From positions 1-57,126 of the forward strand of contig JAZORZ010000056.1 of assembly GCA_045656885.1 (NCBI GenBank): 57,126 nucleotides of DNA. The letters are read 5' to 3'. A program made the position numbers and the translations under genes. Of the stretch, positions 6,675-18,259 are shown one piece after another. Origin of the DNA: Eubacteriales bacterium (GTDB taxonomy: Bacteria; Bacillota; Clostridia; Oscillospirales; CAG-272). Each line of letters opens with the position of its first letter. The first letter of the stretch is position 1. Below the pieces are notes generated by a model. That model searched no databases. It had not been told where the DNA came from and saw only the letters and a list, made by a program, of their open reading frames with translations.

Positions 6675-8710
6675 GTGCAATGAAAAAACTGACCGTCCTA
6701 GCGCATGCAAGTGACGCAGATGCCATTGTACGTCGAATGCTTCACCTCAGATGCGTCGAGATACAACGCACCATGCCCGAGGCAGGGGAGTTGGATCTTG
6801 TACGAATTGAGAGCGATGGAAAGCAGGCAGAAGTCAAGGAGCGCATGGCGCACATCGAGGCGGCAATGCCTCGCCTTGCCAAATACAGCACACGCCGCGG
6901 TGGCATTGGCCGTCGCGTGCAACGCCTAGACCGCGCGGCATTCGTTGACGACGGCAGAGCGGAACGTGCTTGGCAGGCAGTTGAGCGAACCCTCGCGGTG
7001 AAGTCCCGCATGGACGAGATCACCGCCGAGCAAACGCGCAACGAGGGCGTGATGCAATCGCTTCTTCCTTGGTTGAACTACGATGCTCCTCTTTGTGAGG
7101 GCGGTTCGGCACACACTGCTATGCAGCTTGGTAGCTGTTCGGTCAAATTATGGAACTATGAAGCCCTGGAGGCAGCCGGCGCATACGTCGAGGACGTCTC
7201 CGACGATGGCAAAACACAATACTTTGCCGTCACCTATCACCGCGAGAACGAGGAAGCTGTTGGGGCGGCACTCGCAGCGTGTGATTTCCTCAAAGTCAAC
7301 TTCTCCGATATTTCCACAACAGCACAGGTGGCATACGATGCTCTGGAGCGTCGCCAAGTCGCCCTTGCCGACGAGCAAACGACGCTTGTTGAAACTCTTA
7401 TGGATCTTGCCGAGTGCTTGGACGATATCGAGGTTTTGTATGACGTTGAAGGAACAAACCTGAATATCTGTTTGCAAAAGCAAAAGCTTTACTGCACGCA
7501 AAACTGCATCGTGCTTGCGGGCTGGTTGCCTGCGGCGGCAGAGGAAAAGGTCCTTCGCGGACTTTCCGCGTTTGAATGTGCGTGCGAGATCTCCGAGCCC
7601 GAAGAAGGGGACGAGGTACCCATTCTGCTTCGCAACAATCCCTTCTCCGGCACATTCGAGTGGGTCATCGAAATGTACTCTTACCCCAAATACGGTGGCT
7701 TTGACCCCACACTCATTATGAGTATCTTCTATTTCCTCATCTTCGGCTTGATGTTTGCCGACGTGGGATACGGTCTGCTTTTGGTGCTTGCTTGCTTTGG
7801 CGGCGTCAAGCTGCTCAATCCCAAAGAGGGACTTAAGCGCATGATGCTGATGTTTGGCTACTGCGGCATATCCTGTATGATCATGGGTGTTCTGTTTGGC
7901 GGATGGTTTGGCGACCTTCCCGTAGCAATCATGAACAGCTTTTTCCCCGATCAATTCGGCGGACAAGCCCAAAACACACCCATCGGACACTTCTTCAACA
8001 ACGGTGTATTCTTCAATCCCGTCAGCTCGTCCATTCCGTTCCTCTTTGTAGCACTTGGAATGGGTGAGGTCCATCTTGTTGCCGGTATGGCGGTCAATAT
8101 GGTGCTCACTTGGAAGAGCGGTAAGAAGATCGAGGCGCTTTGCGAAAATATCCCGTATTGGGTAATGTTCGCAGGTGTTGATATGATGGCACCTCTTGCA
8201 GCGGCCGGAATGATCTCAAGTGATCCGTTGCCTGCCCAGACGCAGGCATTGCTCGAAAATCTTTCGGGCATTGGCATGTACGTTATGATCGCGGGTATTG
8301 CAATGATCTTGTTCCTGAAGGGAATAGGAGAAAAGACAGTCTTTGCTTGGCTCATTAAGGGCTTGGGCGGTCTTTATTCACTCATCAGCTTTGCATCCGA
8401 CCTGCTGTCGTACTCTCGTATTTTGGCACTCGGACTTGTAGCAAGCGTTATTGCACAGGTTATCAACATGCTCACAAGCTTGGGCGCATCGGGTCCCGTC
8501 GGCTTCATCTTTATGATCATCGTTATGATCTTGGGCCACGGACTTAACCTTGCCATCAACCTGCTTGGCACGTTCGTGCACGCGGCTCGTCTGCAATATA
8601 TCGAGTTTTTCGGTAAGTTCTACGAGGACGGTGGCGAATCCTTCAAACCTGCACTTCCGGCAGAGGAATATTCGGAAGACACTTCTTATGAACCCAATGT
8701 AGATCAATAA
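6665..8710 (+). CDS. atpI: V-type ATP synthase subunit I
   Basis: 681 aa. Soluble N-terminal half plus a multi-TM C-terminal half with the conserved SYSRILALGL Arg motif. Confidence 0.9.
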   Translation: MSISAMKKLTVLAHASDADAIVRRMLHLRCVEIQRTMPEAGELDLVRIESDGKQAEVKERMAHIEAAMPRLAKYSTRRGGIGRRVQRLDRAAFVDDGRAERAWQAVERTLAVKSRMDEITAEQTRNEGVMQSLLPWLNYDAPLCEGGSAHTAMQLGSCSVKLWNYEALEAAGAYVEDVSDDGKTQYFAVTYHRENEEAVGAALAACDFLKVNFSDISTTAQVAYDALERRQVALADEQTTLVETLMDLAECLDDIEVLYDVEGTNLNICLQKQKLYCTQNCIVLAGWLPAAAEEKVLRGLSAFECACEISEPEEGDEVPILLRNNPFSGTFEWVIEMYSYPKYGGFDPTLIMSIFYFLIFGLMFADVGYGLLLVLACFGGVKLLNPKEGLKRMMLMFGYCGISCMIMGVLFGGWFGDLPVAIMNSFFPDQFGGQAQNTPIGHFFNNGVFFNPVSSSIPFLFVALGMGEVHLVAGMAVNMVLTWKSGKKIEALCENIPYWVMFAGVDMMAPLAAAGMISSDPLPAQTQALLENLSGIGMYVMIAGIAMILFLKGIGEKTVFAWLIKGLGGLYSLISFASDLLSYSRILALGLVASVIAQVINMLTSLGASGPVGFIFMIIVMILGHGLNLAINLLGTFVHAARLQYIEFFGKFYEDGGESFKPALPAEEYSEDTSYEPNVDQ

Positions 8711-8736
8711 ATAAAAAACAAAAGGAGATTAAAACA

Positions 8737-9222
8737 ATGGGAATTATTTTTGACATCATTAAAAGCACTTTCACAGGTAACAACTTGGCTATTCTGGGCG
8801 CTGCAATTGCAGTTCTTCTCCCCGGCTTCGGTTCCGCAAAGGCAGTTAATATGGTTGCAAGAGCCACCGCAGGACTCATTTGCGAAGAGCCCCAAAAATA
8901 CGGTAAATCCATGCTTCTCCAAGCACTTCCTATGACCCAAGGTATTTACGGCATGGTAATTGCATTCCTTATCATCATCTTCAGCGGCATCACCGCAGGA
9001 CAAACCCTCACCGTTGAGCAGGGTTTCTACTACGTATTCGCATCTCTGCCCATCGCTCTGGGCGGCTGGTACTCTGCAATCAGACAGGGCGAAGTAGCAG
9101 TAGCAGGTATCTCTGTTCTGGCAAAGAAGCCCGACGCCGTTGGTAAGGCAGTTATCTCCGCATCCTTCGTTGAGCTTTATGCAATTCTCGCACTGCTCAT
9201 CTCCATCCTTCTTGTTCTCTAA
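8737..9222 (+). CDS. atpK: V-type ATP synthase subunit K (proteolipid)
   Basis: 161 aa, four-helix duplicated c-subunit pattern, Gly/Ala-rich helices, conserved Glu in SFVELYAILAL. Confidence 0.9.
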   Translation: MGIIFDIIKSTFTGNNLAILGAAIAVLLPGFGSAKAVNMVARATAGLICEEPQKYGKSMLLQALPMTQGIYGMVIAFLIIIFSGITAGQTLTVEQGFYYVFASLPIALGGWYSAIRQGEVAVAGISVLAKKPDAVGKAVISASFVELYAILALLISILLVL

Positions 9223-9260
9223 TTTCTATTACACACGAAAGCAAAAGGAAGGAGGCCGCA

Positions 9261-9944
9261 ATGGCAATTAACGGACTGAATAAAATCACCGATAAGATCC
9301 TCTCCGAGGCGCAGGCAAAGGCAGATAAGATTTTGGCTGACGCCGAGGCGGAGTGCGACCGTATCAACGCCGAATACGCCGAGCGTGCCGAAAAGATCCG
9401 TACAGATATTTCCTCCGAAGCCCAAAAGGGCGGTATGGAATACGTAGCACGCATCCGTTCTACGGCGGCAACCTCCAAGCGCAACCTGCTCTTGCAAACA
9501 AAAAGCGACCTCATCGACGGCGTTTTTGCAAGTGTATTGGAGCAAACACGCACATTGGAGCTTGATAAATACAACGAAATTCTCGTAGGACTGTTGTCCG
9601 CGGCTCTCCTTGAGCAGATCGAATCCGAGGAGATCAGCCGCAACCTCTATGGCGAGGAGGAGGCACTTGCCCCCGAATGCTATGAGGTCATCTTTAATCA
9701 GCGCGACCGTGACCGCTCGGGCAAGACGGTAGTCGAGGGCGTACAAAAGCATCTTTCCGGCAAAGTTGCTCCCGAAAAGCTTGCACGTCTCACACTTTCT
9801 TCTCAAAGTGCCAACATCGACGGCGGACTTATTCTGCGCTGTGGCAGTGTCGAATCCAACTGCTCGCTCTCCATTCTCTTCGCACAGCTGCGTGAGGGCC
9901 TTGAATCCGAGATAGCACGCACGCTGTTCGAGGCAAAAGCATAA
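9261..9944 (+). CDS. atpE: V-type ATP synthase subunit E
   Basis: 227 aa, N-terminal coiled coil (ILSEAQAKADKILADAEAE), operon position after K. Confidence 0.8.
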   Translation: MAINGLNKITDKILSEAQAKADKILADAEAECDRINAEYAERAEKIRTDISSEAQKGGMEYVARIRSTAATSKRNLLLQTKSDLIDGVFASVLEQTRTLELDKYNEILVGLLSAALLEQIESEEISRNLYGEEEALAPECYEVIFNQRDRDRSGKTVVEGVQKHLSGKVAPEKLARLTLSSQSANIDGGLILRCGSVESNCSLSILFAQLREGLESEIARTLFEAKA

Positions 9945-9961
9945 AAAGGAGTGCGCAAGCA

Positions 9962-10957
9962 ATGGCAGACTATTTATTTGGCAGTGCCAATATTCGCACA
10001 CTGGAAAACGCGATCATCGGGCGCGAGCGCATCGAGCGATTGCTGAATACAAAAACCACCGATGAAGCATGGGGCTTGCTTTCCGATTGGGGCGTTCAGA
10101 TCGTTCGCAACGAGGAGAGCGGTAAGCCCATGCGAGAGGAAACACTCCTTGGCATTCTCAAGGGCGCTTATAAACGCCTCGGCGAGCTTGTGCCCGATTC
10201 GCTAGCACTTCGCCTGTGGCTCTATCCATACGATTGTAACAATCTCAAAGCAGCACAAAAGGCATTTATTCGCGGCATCGATCCGTCCTCTATGCTTTTC
10301 GATTTCGGCACCCTTTCGGCAAGCGATATCGTCAAAATGGTAGAGAAGGGCAGCTACGAGGGACTTCCTGCAAATCTGCAGGCAGCCGCCGGGGCAGCTA
10401 TGGATGAATACGCCAAAACCAAAAACCCGCAGGCCATTGACCTCATTTTGGACAAGGCATGCTGGCACGATATGGCAGATGCTGCAAAGGTATCGGGAGA
10501 AGCGATCGTCATGCGTCTTGTTCAAACAAAAATTGACCTTCTCAACGTAATGATCGCTCTGCGCATTTTGCGTATGAAGAGCGGCGAGGTCGGCAAGGTC
10601 CTCTTTGCCGATGCATTCCTCGAGGGAGGCAAGATTACTTTTGAGAGCTTACTTGGCGCACTCTCAAACGGCGAAGATGCCCTGTGGGAGTCCTTGCGCT
10701 CCACCGATTACGCGCGCTTTGCTGAAAGCTTTGCAAAGAGCGACAAGGCACTCAGCACCGCCGAAAAGCTTGCCGACAATTATTGGATGTCGCTGATATT
10801 GGAGAACAAATTTGTTCCCGACGGGCTTGAGGTCATGATTGCTTTCCTTGCGGCACACGAGTACGAGGTCAAAAATTTGCGTATTGTGCTCTCGGGCAAG
10901 GAGGCGGGCATTCCCACCGCCACTATTCGCGAAAGGATTCGTGATAGCTATGTATAA
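9962..10957 (+). CDS. atpC: V-type ATP synthase subunit C
   Basis: 331 aa helical protein, operon position between E and F. Confidence 0.8.
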   Translation: MADYLFGSANIRTLENAIIGRERIERLLNTKTTDEAWGLLSDWGVQIVRNEESGKPMREETLLGILKGAYKRLGELVPDSLALRLWLYPYDCNNLKAAQKAFIRGIDPSSMLFDFGTLSASDIVKMVEKGSYEGLPANLQAAAGAAMDEYAKTKNPQAIDLILDKACWHDMADAAKVSGEAIVMRLVQTKIDLLNVMIALRILRMKSGEVGKVLFADAFLEGGKITFESLLGALSNGEDALWESLRSTDYARFAESFAKSDKALSTAEKLADNYWMSLILENKFVPDGLEVMIAFLAAHEYEVKNLRIVLSGKEAGIPTATIRERIRDSYV

Positions 10958-11270
10958 AATCGGAATTATCGGAGACCGTGACACGGTGCTTGGCTTTATG
11001 GCCCTCGGCTTTGTGGTCGAGGACGTAAAAAGCGCCGAGGAAGCGGAAAAGAAGCTGCACGCAATGGCAAAGAGCGGCAAGTACGCCACCATCTTTATCA
11101 CCGAAAATTATGCCGTGCAGATCGAAGAAGAAATGAATCGCTATAAAGATATGCCACTGCCCGCAGTTATCTCTCTGCCGGGGCAGGGCGGCTCTACCGG
11201 TTACGGAATGAACAACATTCGTTCTGCCGTAGAGCGCGCGGTAGGTGCAGACATTCTGTTCAAGGAATAA
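10950..11270 (+). CDS. atpF: V-type ATP synthase subunit F
   Basis: 106 aa starting MYKIGIIGDRDTVLGF (typical F subunit N-terminus). The internal ATG of track ORF 10839..11270 overlaps the subunit C stop. Confidence 0.85.
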   Translation: MYKIGIIGDRDTVLGFMALGFVVEDVKSAEEAEKKLHAMAKSGKYATIFITENYAVQIEEEMNRYKDMPLPAVISLPGQGGSTGYGMNNIRSAVERAVGADILFKE

Positions 11271-11307
11271 CACCTGACTGACAAAGTAAGAAAGGTTCAT
11301 CATCAAA

Positions 11308-13080
11308 ATGGTAGAAGGAAAAATTCTAAAGGTCTCGGGACCTCTTGTGGTTGCCGAGGGTATGAGAAATGCAAATATGTTCGACGTCGTGCGTGTTGGT
11401 TCCAAAAACCTCATCGGTGAAATCATCGAAATGCATGGCGACCGCGCATCTATTCAGGTATACGAAGAGACCGCAGGCATCGGCCGCGGCGATAAGGTTG
11501 TCTCTACAGGAGCACCTCTGTCGGTTGAGCTTGGCCCCGGACTTCTTTCCAACATCTATGACGGTATCCAACGTCCTCTGGAGCAGATCCGCCTAAAGTT
11601 CGGCTCTAATCTGCAACGCGGCATCGACGTGCCCGCACTCGACCGTGACCGCGTATGGCACTTTGTTCCTGCCGTTAAGTTTGGCGACAAGGTAGGCCCC
11701 GGCGATATTTACGGTACCGTTCAGGAGAACGAGGTCATCGAGCATAAGATCATGGTTCCTCCCAAAACAAAGGGAACCATTGTTGAAATGCGCGAGGGTG
11801 ACTTTAAGGTTACCGACCGCATCGGTAAGATCAAATACGAGGATGGCACCATTGAGAACATCACGCTCATTCAAAAGTGGCCTGTTCGTGTAGCCCGTCC
11901 GTACCGCGAAAAGCTGCCCCCTGTTGATCCTATGATCACGGGTCAGCGTGTTATCGACGCGCTTTTCCCCATTGCAAAGGGCGGTACTGCCTGCGTTCCC
12001 GGTCCTTTCGGCTCGGGCAAAACGGTTGTTCAGCACCAGCTTGCAAAGTGGAGCGACGTTGACCTCGTTGTTTATATCGGTTGCGGCGAGCGCGGAAACG
12101 AAATGACCGACGTTCTGCGTGAGTTCCCCGAGCTCACCGACCCCAAAACCGGACGTTCCCTCATGGAGCGTACCATTCTCATTGCAAACACATCCGATAT
12201 GCCGGTTGCCGCACGTGAGGCATCGGTTTATACCGGTATTACCATAGCCGAGTATTTCCGCGATATGGGCTATTCCGTAGCCGTCATCGCAGACTCCACC
12301 TCGCGTTGGGCAGAGGCACTGCGCGAAATGTCGGGACGTCTTGAGGAAATGCCCGGTGAAGAGGGCTACCCCGCATACCTCACCTCTCGCTTGGCACAGT
12401 TCTACGAGAGAGCAGGTAAGGTCGTATGTCTTGGCTCCGACGGTCGCGAGGGTGCACTCTCGGCAATCGGTGCCGTATCACCGCAGGGCGGTGATATTTC
12501 CGAGCCCGTTACACAGGCAACCCTGCGTATCGTTAAGGTATTCTGGGGACTCGATGCGTCCTTGGCTTACCGCCGTCACTTTCCGGCAATCAACTGGCTC
12601 AACTCCTACTCGCTTTACCGCGACCGTCTGTCGGGCTGGTTCTCACAAAACGTTTCCAAGGCGTGGATGGATTATACCGCACGCTGCCTTAAGACTTTGC
12701 AAGTAGAAGCTGATCTGCAAGAGATCGTAAAGCTGGTTGGTATGGATGCACTTTCGGCATCCGACCGTCTTACGCTTGACGTAGCACAGTCTATCAGAGA
12801 GGACTTCCTGCAACAAAATGCGTTCCTTGACATCGACTCCTACACACCTCTCGATAAGCAATGCGGCATTTTGGATATGATCTTCACCTACGAGGATCGT
12901 GCACGCCGCGCCATCGAGGCAGGGGCTGACATCGAGGATATCTGCTCCTTGTCCGTACACGAAAGAATTGCACGTGCAAAGACGGTTGAAAATGACAATT
13001 ACCAAGATGAATTCAAGGCAATCAAAGCCGAGATCGCCGCACAGATGGATAAGCTGATTGCAGGCGTAGAAGCTGAGTAA
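11308..13080 (+). CDS. atpA: V-type ATP synthase catalytic subunit A
   Basis: 590 aa. Walker A GPFGSGKT and other V1-A hallmarks. Confidence 0.97.
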   Translation: MVEGKILKVSGPLVVAEGMRNANMFDVVRVGSKNLIGEIIEMHGDRASIQVYEETAGIGRGDKVVSTGAPLSVELGPGLLSNIYDGIQRPLEQIRLKFGSNLQRGIDVPALDRDRVWHFVPAVKFGDKVGPGDIYGTVQENEVIEHKIMVPPKTKGTIVEMREGDFKVTDRIGKIKYEDGTIENITLIQKWPVRVARPYREKLPPVDPMITGQRVIDALFPIAKGGTACVPGPFGSGKTVVQHQLAKWSDVDLVVYIGCGERGNEMTDVLREFPELTDPKTGRSLMERTILIANTSDMPVAAREASVYTGITIAEYFRDMGYSVAVIADSTSRWAEALREMSGRLEEMPGEEGYPAYLTSRLAQFYERAGKVVCLGSDGREGALSAIGAVSPQGGDISEPVTQATLRIVKVFWGLDASLAYRRHFPAINWLNSYSLYRDRLSGWFSQNVSKAWMDYTARCLKTLQVEADLQEIVKLVGMDALSASDRLTLDVAQSIREDFLQQNAFLDIDSYTPLDKQCGILDMIFTYEDRARRAIEAGADIEDICSLSVHERIARAKTVENDNYQDEFKAIKAEIAAQMDKLIAGVEAE

Positions 13081-13088
13081 AGGAGGGC

Positions 13089-14471
13089 ATGGCAATGATC
13101 AGAGAATATAGAACCATTGAAGAAGTTGCGGGTCCTCTTATGCTTGTCAAGCAGGTAGAAGGCGTTAAGTACGATGAGCTTGGCGAAATCGAGCTTCCCA
13201 ATGGGGAAGTTCGCCGTTGCCGCGTACTGGAAGTAAACGGCAGAAATGTGCTTGTGCAGCTCTTCGAGTCTGCCGCAGGCATCAACTTGGCAGATAGTAA
13301 GGTCCGCTTCACCGGTCACGGTGTAGAGCTCCCCGTATCGCAAAATATGCTCGGCCGCGTATTCAACGGCATGGGCGAAGCCATCGACGGCGGTGCACGC
13401 CTCATTCCCGAAAAGACCATGGATATCAACGGCACGCCTATCAACCCGGCGGCTCGCTTTTATCCTTCCGAGTTCATTCAAACCGGTGTTTCCACCATCG
13501 ATGGACTGAACACCCTCGTTCGCGGACAAAAGCTACCTATCTTCTCGGGCTCGGGTCTGCCGCACGCAAACCTTGCGGCACAAATCGCCCGTCAAGCAAA
13601 GGTAAGAAATGCCGACGATAAATTTGCAGTTGTTTTCGCGGCTGTCGGTATTACCTTTGAAGAAGCAGATTTCTTCATTTCCGACTTCAAGCGCACAGGC
13701 GCGATTGACCGTACCGTGCTCTTTATCAACCTCGCATCCGACCCTGCAATCGAGCGTATTTCCACGCCCCGAATGGCGCTGACCGCCGCAGAATATCTCG
13801 CGTTCGAGTGCGATATGCACGTGTTGGTCATCATCACCGATATTACCAACTATGCCGAGGCACTGCGTGAGGTTTCCGCCGCACGTAAAGAAGTTCCCGG
13901 TCGCCGCGGCTATCCCGGTTACCTTTACACCGACCTCGCAACCATGTATGAGCGCGCAGGCCGTAAAATGGGCTCCGAGGGTTCCATCACCATGATTCCG
14001 ATCCTGACGATGCCCGAGGATGATAAGACCCACCCCATTCCCGACTTGACCGGTTACATTACCGAGGGGCAGATCATTCTCTCCCGCGAAATGTACCGCA
14101 AGGGCTATATGCCGCCCGTTGACGTGCTTCCGTCGCTTTCGCGTCTGAAGGACAAGGGTATCGGTGAGGGCAAAACACGCGAGGACCACTCCGCAACCCT
14201 TAATCAGCTCTTTGCCGCTTATGCACGCGGTAAGGAAGCAAAGGAATTGATGGTCGTTCTCGGTGAGGCAGCACTGTCTCCCATCGACCGTCTCTACGCA
14301 CAGTTTGCAGACGAATTTGAGGCAAGATATATCAATCAGGGCTTTGATGAGAACCGCTCCATTGAGGAGACCTTGGATCTCGGTTGGGAGCTGCTCTCCA
14401 TTCTGCCTAAGAGCGAAATGAAGCGTATCAAGCCCGAAATGATTGAAAAATACTGGCCGAAGCAGGCGTAA
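13089..14471 (+). CDS. atpB: V-type ATP synthase subunit B
   Basis: 460 aa. Highly conserved V1-B sequence ([30 protein letters not shown]). Confidence 0.97.
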   Translation: MAMIREYRTIEEVAGPLMLVKQVEGVKYDELGEIELPNGEVRRCRVLEVNGRNVLVQLFESAAGINLADSKVRFTGHGVELPVSQNMLGRVFNGMGEAIDGGARLIPEKTMDINGTPINPAARFYPSEFIQTGVSTIDGLNTLVRGQKLPIFSGSGLPHANLAAQIARQAKVRNADDKFAVVFAAVGITFEEADFFISDFKRTGAIDRTVLFINLASDPAIERISTPRMALTAAEYLAFECDMHVLVIITDITNYAEALREVSAARKEVPGRRGYPGYLYTDLATMYERAGRKMGSEGSITMIPILTMPEDDKTHPIPDLTGYITEGQIILSREMYRKGYMPPVDVLPSLSRLKDKGIGEGKTREDHSATLNQLFAAYARGKEAKELMVVLGEAALSPIDRLYAQFADEFEARYINQGFDENRSIEETLDLGWELLSILPKSEMKRIKPEMIEKYWPKQA

Positions 14472-14514
14472 TGCTGCAGGTCTATTCTTACGGAAAGAGA
14501 GGTGACAGACGAAC

Positions 14515-15186
14515 ATGGCCGAATTGAGAGTAAATCCCACACGTATGGAAATGAAGCGCATCCAAACGCGCTACCAAACCGCACGCAAGGGGCATAAGCT
14601 GCTCAAAGATAAGCGCGACGAATTGATGAAGCAATTTCTCGACGTCGTGCGCGAGGATAAGCTTTTGCGCGAGCGCGTAGAAGAGGCGCTTGGCAAGGTT
14701 TATCAATCCTTTACGGTCGCAAGTGCCGTCAGCAGTCCCAAAATGCTGGAGGAAGCCCTCATCTGTCCCAAAAAGGAGGGCGAGCTCTCCGTCGAATACA
14801 AAAACATGATGAGCGTCACGGTTCCCGTGCTCCACCTGCGCGTACACGCCGAGGGGGGAAGCGACAGCTATAACTACGGTATGGCGTTCACCTCGGGAGA
14901 ATTGGATTCCTCACTGCGTGAGCTGAATGACATTCTCGAGGATTTGATCCGCTTGGCAGAGCTTGAAAAAACCGCACAGCTCCTTGCCGAGGAGATCGAG
15001 CGCACCCGTCGCCGTGTTAACGCACTCGAATATATCCTCATGCCGCAATATCTCGCAACCATCAAGTCTATCAAAATGAAGCTTGACGAAAACGAGCGCG
15101 GTAACACAACACGCCTGATGAAGGTCAAGGATATGATGCTGCAAGCCCAGCTTTCGCAAAAGCATACCGATGACGAAGAAGAATAA
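14515..15186 (+). CDS. atpD: V-type ATP synthase subunit D
   Basis: 223 aa. N-terminus NPTRMEMKRIQTRYQTARKGHKLLKDKRDEL is typical of subunit D. Confidence 0.9.
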   Translation: MAELRVNPTRMEMKRIQTRYQTARKGHKLLKDKRDELMKQFLDVVREDKLLRERVEEALGKVYQSFTVASAVSSPKMLEEALICPKKEGELSVEYKNMMSVTVPVLHLRVHAEGGSDSYNYGMAFTSGELDSSLRELNDILEDLIRLAELEKTAQLLAEEIERTRRRVNALEYILMPQYLATIKSIKMKLDENERGNTTRLMKVKDMMLQAQLSQKHTDDEEE

Positions 15187-15190
15187 TTAA

Positions 15191-15234
15191 AAAACAACCG
15201 AGACGCTCGAGGTAGCGTCTCGGTTGTTTTTTTT
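15191..15234 (+). terminator. Intrinsic terminator of the V-ATPase operon
   Basis: caaccgagacgct-cgaggt-agcgtctcggttg followed by T8. Confidence 0.9.
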
Positions 15235-15290
15235 GCCCTAATACTCAGTCTTTCATTGTTTACTCCTTGTTTTTTTCAACTTTCGCTCTC

Positions 15291-15319
15291 TTGACAAGCG
15301 TTTTTTTTTATGCTATAAT
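15291..15319 (+). promoter_or_regulatory. Consensus sigma-A promoter of the MutS-like cassette
   Basis: TTGACA (15291-15296), 17-nt spacer, TATAAT (15314-15319). Confidence 0.75.
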
Positions 15320-15359
15320 AAAAATGAAAAAATATGCTTCATTGGAAAGGGGCGTTTTG

Positions 15360-16790
15360 ATGAGACCTGCTCTGTTATACTTGCAAAAGGAGAGAAAGAT
15401 CGCGCCGAATGTATTTCAGGATCTGCACCTGAATTTCATCTTTCACGAAAAAACGTTAGCCATTCTCTCGCATCCTTGCTCAAGGGAAGAACTGTTGTCA
15501 CGGTTGAGGGTGTTTATTGAAATCAAGAATGAAGCTACATTTTCTGCAATGCTTGCTTGCCGTTCCGCCATTGCAGATCTTGCCCGCGAGTTAACACTTT
15601 GGCAAGAGGCAAAAACCAAGCTGGAAAAGCTCTTCTTAAACGTTAGTGTAATAGAAAAATATTTGCAGGCGTGCCAAGCACTTTGCAATGTGCAAGGTGA
15701 GGGAAGACTGCAATCGGTTGCAGAGTATTTTCAAAGCAAAAGAGATCCCAACCTCTTTGCGACCGTCCTGCAAGCAAGGGCACTTTTGAATTGTATATGC
15801 AACGCACAACTCGGGCGTTGTGATAACCAATACATCATTGCTCAAAATGCATCCAAACAAACACTTTACGGTGAGATATGCGCTTGTGCCAAAGCACTTG
15901 GGCTTTCTCTCTCACAAAAAGAGCATTCCGCAATCTATCCCGATATCTATATTTCCAGGGCTTTTCGGGCGCTCTACAAAGAGGAGATTGAAAAGATACA
16001 AAACCTGTTAGAACCCTACAAAGCGATTGATTTTGATGAGATTCTTGCCTATCTTCCCGAGTTGGATTTCTTTATCCAACTCGAAGAACTTGGTCGTAAG
16101 GCCGAAAAAAAGAAGATTCCGCGTTGTATTCCCACCGTATCCCAAGCAAGAGAATTTCACTTAACAGAAATGTATGACTTTACGTTGTTTTCTTCAGCCG
16201 AAGGCGATATCGTTCCCAACAACACGTATTTTTCGCAAGAAGAACCCTTTTTCTTTTTGGTCGGTGCAAACGGTGGCGGAAAAACCACCTATTTGCGCGC
16301 CGTGGGGAGTAACCTGATTTTGTTCCTTGCGGGCTGCCCTGTGTTCGCGCAAAGTTGTGTGGGCTATCCGTTTTGCGACGTTCGCACGCATTATCCCGTG
16401 GATGAGCGCTTTACCAATATCGGGCGGCTCGACGATGAAAAAAAGCGCGTGGACGAAATGCTTGACGGTGATATTAGCGATGTATTTTTTCTATTCAACG
16501 AGACTTTCAGTGGCACCAATCAAGAAAAGGGCTATGGACTTGCTATGCAAACAGTCGAAAAACTCCATCGGCAAAGCGTATTTGGCTTGTTTGTAACGCA
16601 TTTTCATCAAGTGAGCGAAACGAAATTTCCCATCTTGCATACGGTCATACAAAACGAGAATCACAAACGAACCTACAAGATCACATCCGCAGCGCCGGAC
16701 GGTAGCTCCTATGCCGAGGACATTTTGATCAAATACCAAATGGATAGAGCATCCTTGGCGGAAAAGCTGAAAAATGATTGCGAAGGGTAG
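15360..16790 (+). CDS. MutS-family ABC ATPase, domain III/V only (paralogue A)
   Basis: The ATG at 15360 lies downstream of the predicted TSS, with a GAAAGGGG RBS (track ORF opens at 15267). Walker A GANGGGKTTYLR, Walker B-like FFLFNETFSGT, VTHFH. No mismatch-binding or Smr domain recognised. Confidence 0.75.
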   Translation: MRPALLYLQKERKIAPNVFQDLHLNFIFHEKTLAILSHPCSREELLSRLRVFIEIKNEATFSAMLACRSAIADLARELTLWQEAKTKLEKLFLNVSVIEKYLQACQALCNVQGEGRLQSVAEYFQSKRDPNLFATVLQARALLNCICNAQLGRCDNQYIIAQNASKQTLYGEICACAKALGLSLSQKEHSAIYPDIYISRAFRALYKEEIEKIQNLLEPYKAIDFDEILAYLPELDFFIQLEELGRKAEKKKIPRCIPTVSQAREFHLTEMYDFTLFSSAEGDIVPNNTYFSQEEPFFFLVGANGGGKTTYLRAVGSNLILFLAGCPVFAQSCVGYPFCDVRTHYPVDERFTNIGRLDDEKKRVDEMLDGDISDVFFLFNETFSGTNQEKGYGLAMQTVEKLHRQSVFGLFVTHFHQVSETKFPILHTVIQNENHKRTYKITSAAPDGSSYAEDILIKYQMDRASLAEKLKNDCEG

Positions 16791-16801
16791 GTGAGCAAAA
16801 A

Positions 16802-18259
16802 ATGAAGTTCAGTTTATTATTTCCTGATGCATCTGATGTCAAGGTGGGGAAGATCGGTAGCAAAACGCTTTACCACTTGTCACTGGATGAAAGCTTTGCC
16901 GCAATTTGCCAAAGCAAGTCCGAACGTCAATATTTTTTAGAAGTGCTTTCAAAGCCCTTGCTATTCCAAAAGGATATTCTGTTCAGGCAACAGATCATAG
17001 CCGATTTTTTACATTTTCCTGCCTTTTTTGAAGAATTCAAGACCGCTTTGAACCAACTTACAAAGATCAAGGATGATTTCAAAAACCTGAAAAAAGAGAT
17101 CCACGCCTGTAATTTTGGCATCGGTTCGGCGATTGGCGGCTCTCGGGAATCGGTCAGGGATTGCGCACGGTTGCTCAAAAAAGCTTTGCACTACACCCAA
17201 GATCTTTCACAACTGCTTGGCAAATACCCGATCTTATCCGAGGGCTTGCTGGCCATTTTCCATTATATCGCCTCTCTTGCGCAAAAAGAGGATCTCAGCC
17301 GTTTGGTTGAGCTGTTGGAAGAAACCGAAAGCGCAACTCTTACAGCAACTGCGCTTTATTCCATCAAACTCGATAAAAACGGCAAAATTGCAGAATGTCA
17401 CCTAACGGATTCTCAAAATCTTTCCTCCCAAATTTCAAAAGAGAAGAAAAGATTTTTCTCCAAAAAAGAATCCTCTCTGAATTCTTCTTATCTGCGATTG
17501 GAGCCCCCATCATACAGCGATTGCCAAACCAAATTGGGAGCTTATCCGTATTTGGAAATGGAAAACCTCTTGCTCTCTCTCATTGCAAGTGTTTTAGATA
17601 CTTTTGGCGAGGTCGATAAAGAGATCGTATTTTATTCTGTCGCAACCGAATACCTGCAATGGCTTGTGCGTAAAAAAATACCGTTTATCCTTCCGTCGGT
17701 CGGGGATAGCACCCAATTTTTTGGTATGACCGATCTTTGTTTGGCAACCGCAAAGCCCATCGAGAGCATCGTCACAAACGATTTTTATCTGTCAAAGGAG
17801 AAAAAAGGCAGCATCATATTCGGTGATAACGGCAACGGCAAAACTGTTTTTCTGCGTTCCGTTTCTGTCTGCCAAATATTGGCGCAGGCAGGTCTGCCGA
17901 TTGCCGCCAAGAGCGGAACGATCGGATTGTTTAATACGATTAAAACGCAGTTTTCAGAAAGTGAGGATGCAACCGCTTCCAACGAGAAGAGGGGTAGATT
18001 TGAGCAAGAGGTGAGCGAACTTCGCGGGCTGATAGACACATGTGAGAGCGGAAGTTTTCTGATTTTGAACGAAATATTCCAAACCACGGCATATTCCGAG
18101 GGGGCGATCGGGCTATACCATATTTTGAATTATCTTTCGGCAAAAAATATCGGTTGGATATTGGTTTCTCACCTTGATGACCTCAACCAATATTTTGCAA
18201 ATCAAGATATTTCGATATACCAAATGACAAAGGAGCACAAGGTCGTTCAAATACAATAA
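16802..18259 (+). CDS. MutS-family ABC ATPase, domain III/V only (paralogue B)
   Basis: The ATG at 16802 is 8 nt after AGGTGA. Walker A GDNGNGKTVFLRSV, Walker B-like FLILNEIFQTT, VSHLDDL. Helical N-terminal half. Confidence 0.75.
   Translation: MKFSLLFPDASDVKVGKIGSKTLYHLSLDESFAAICQSKSERQYFLEVLSKPLLFQKDILFRQQIIADFLHFPAFFEEFKTALNQLTKIKDDFKNLKKEIHACNFGIGSAIGGSRESVRDCARLLKKALHYTQDLSQLLGKYPILSEGLLAIFHYIASLAQKEDLSRLVELLEETESATLTATALYSIKLDKNGKIAECHLTDSQNLSSQISKEKKRFFSKKESSLNSSYLRLEPPSYSDCQTKLGAYPYLEMENLLLSLIASVLDTFGEVDKEIVFYSVATEYLQWLVRKKIPFILPSVGDSTQFFGMTDLCLATAKPIESIVTNDFYLSKEKKGSIIFGDNGNGKTVFLRSVSVCQILAQAGLPIAAKSGTIGLFNTIKTQFSESEDATASNEKRGRFEQEVSELRGLIDTCESGSFLILNEIFQTTAYSEGAIGLYHILNYLSAKNIGWILVSHLDDLNQYFANQDISIYQMTKEHKVVQIQ

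Noticed and set aside
15267-15359. Upstream TTG/ATG starts extending MutS-like A by 31 aa (MFFSTFALLTSVFFYAIIKMKKYASLERGVL)
   Set aside because: The extension overlaps the consensus promoter (15291-15319). The ATG at 15324 would lie at or before the predicted transcription start, whereas the ATG at 15360 has a proper RBS.
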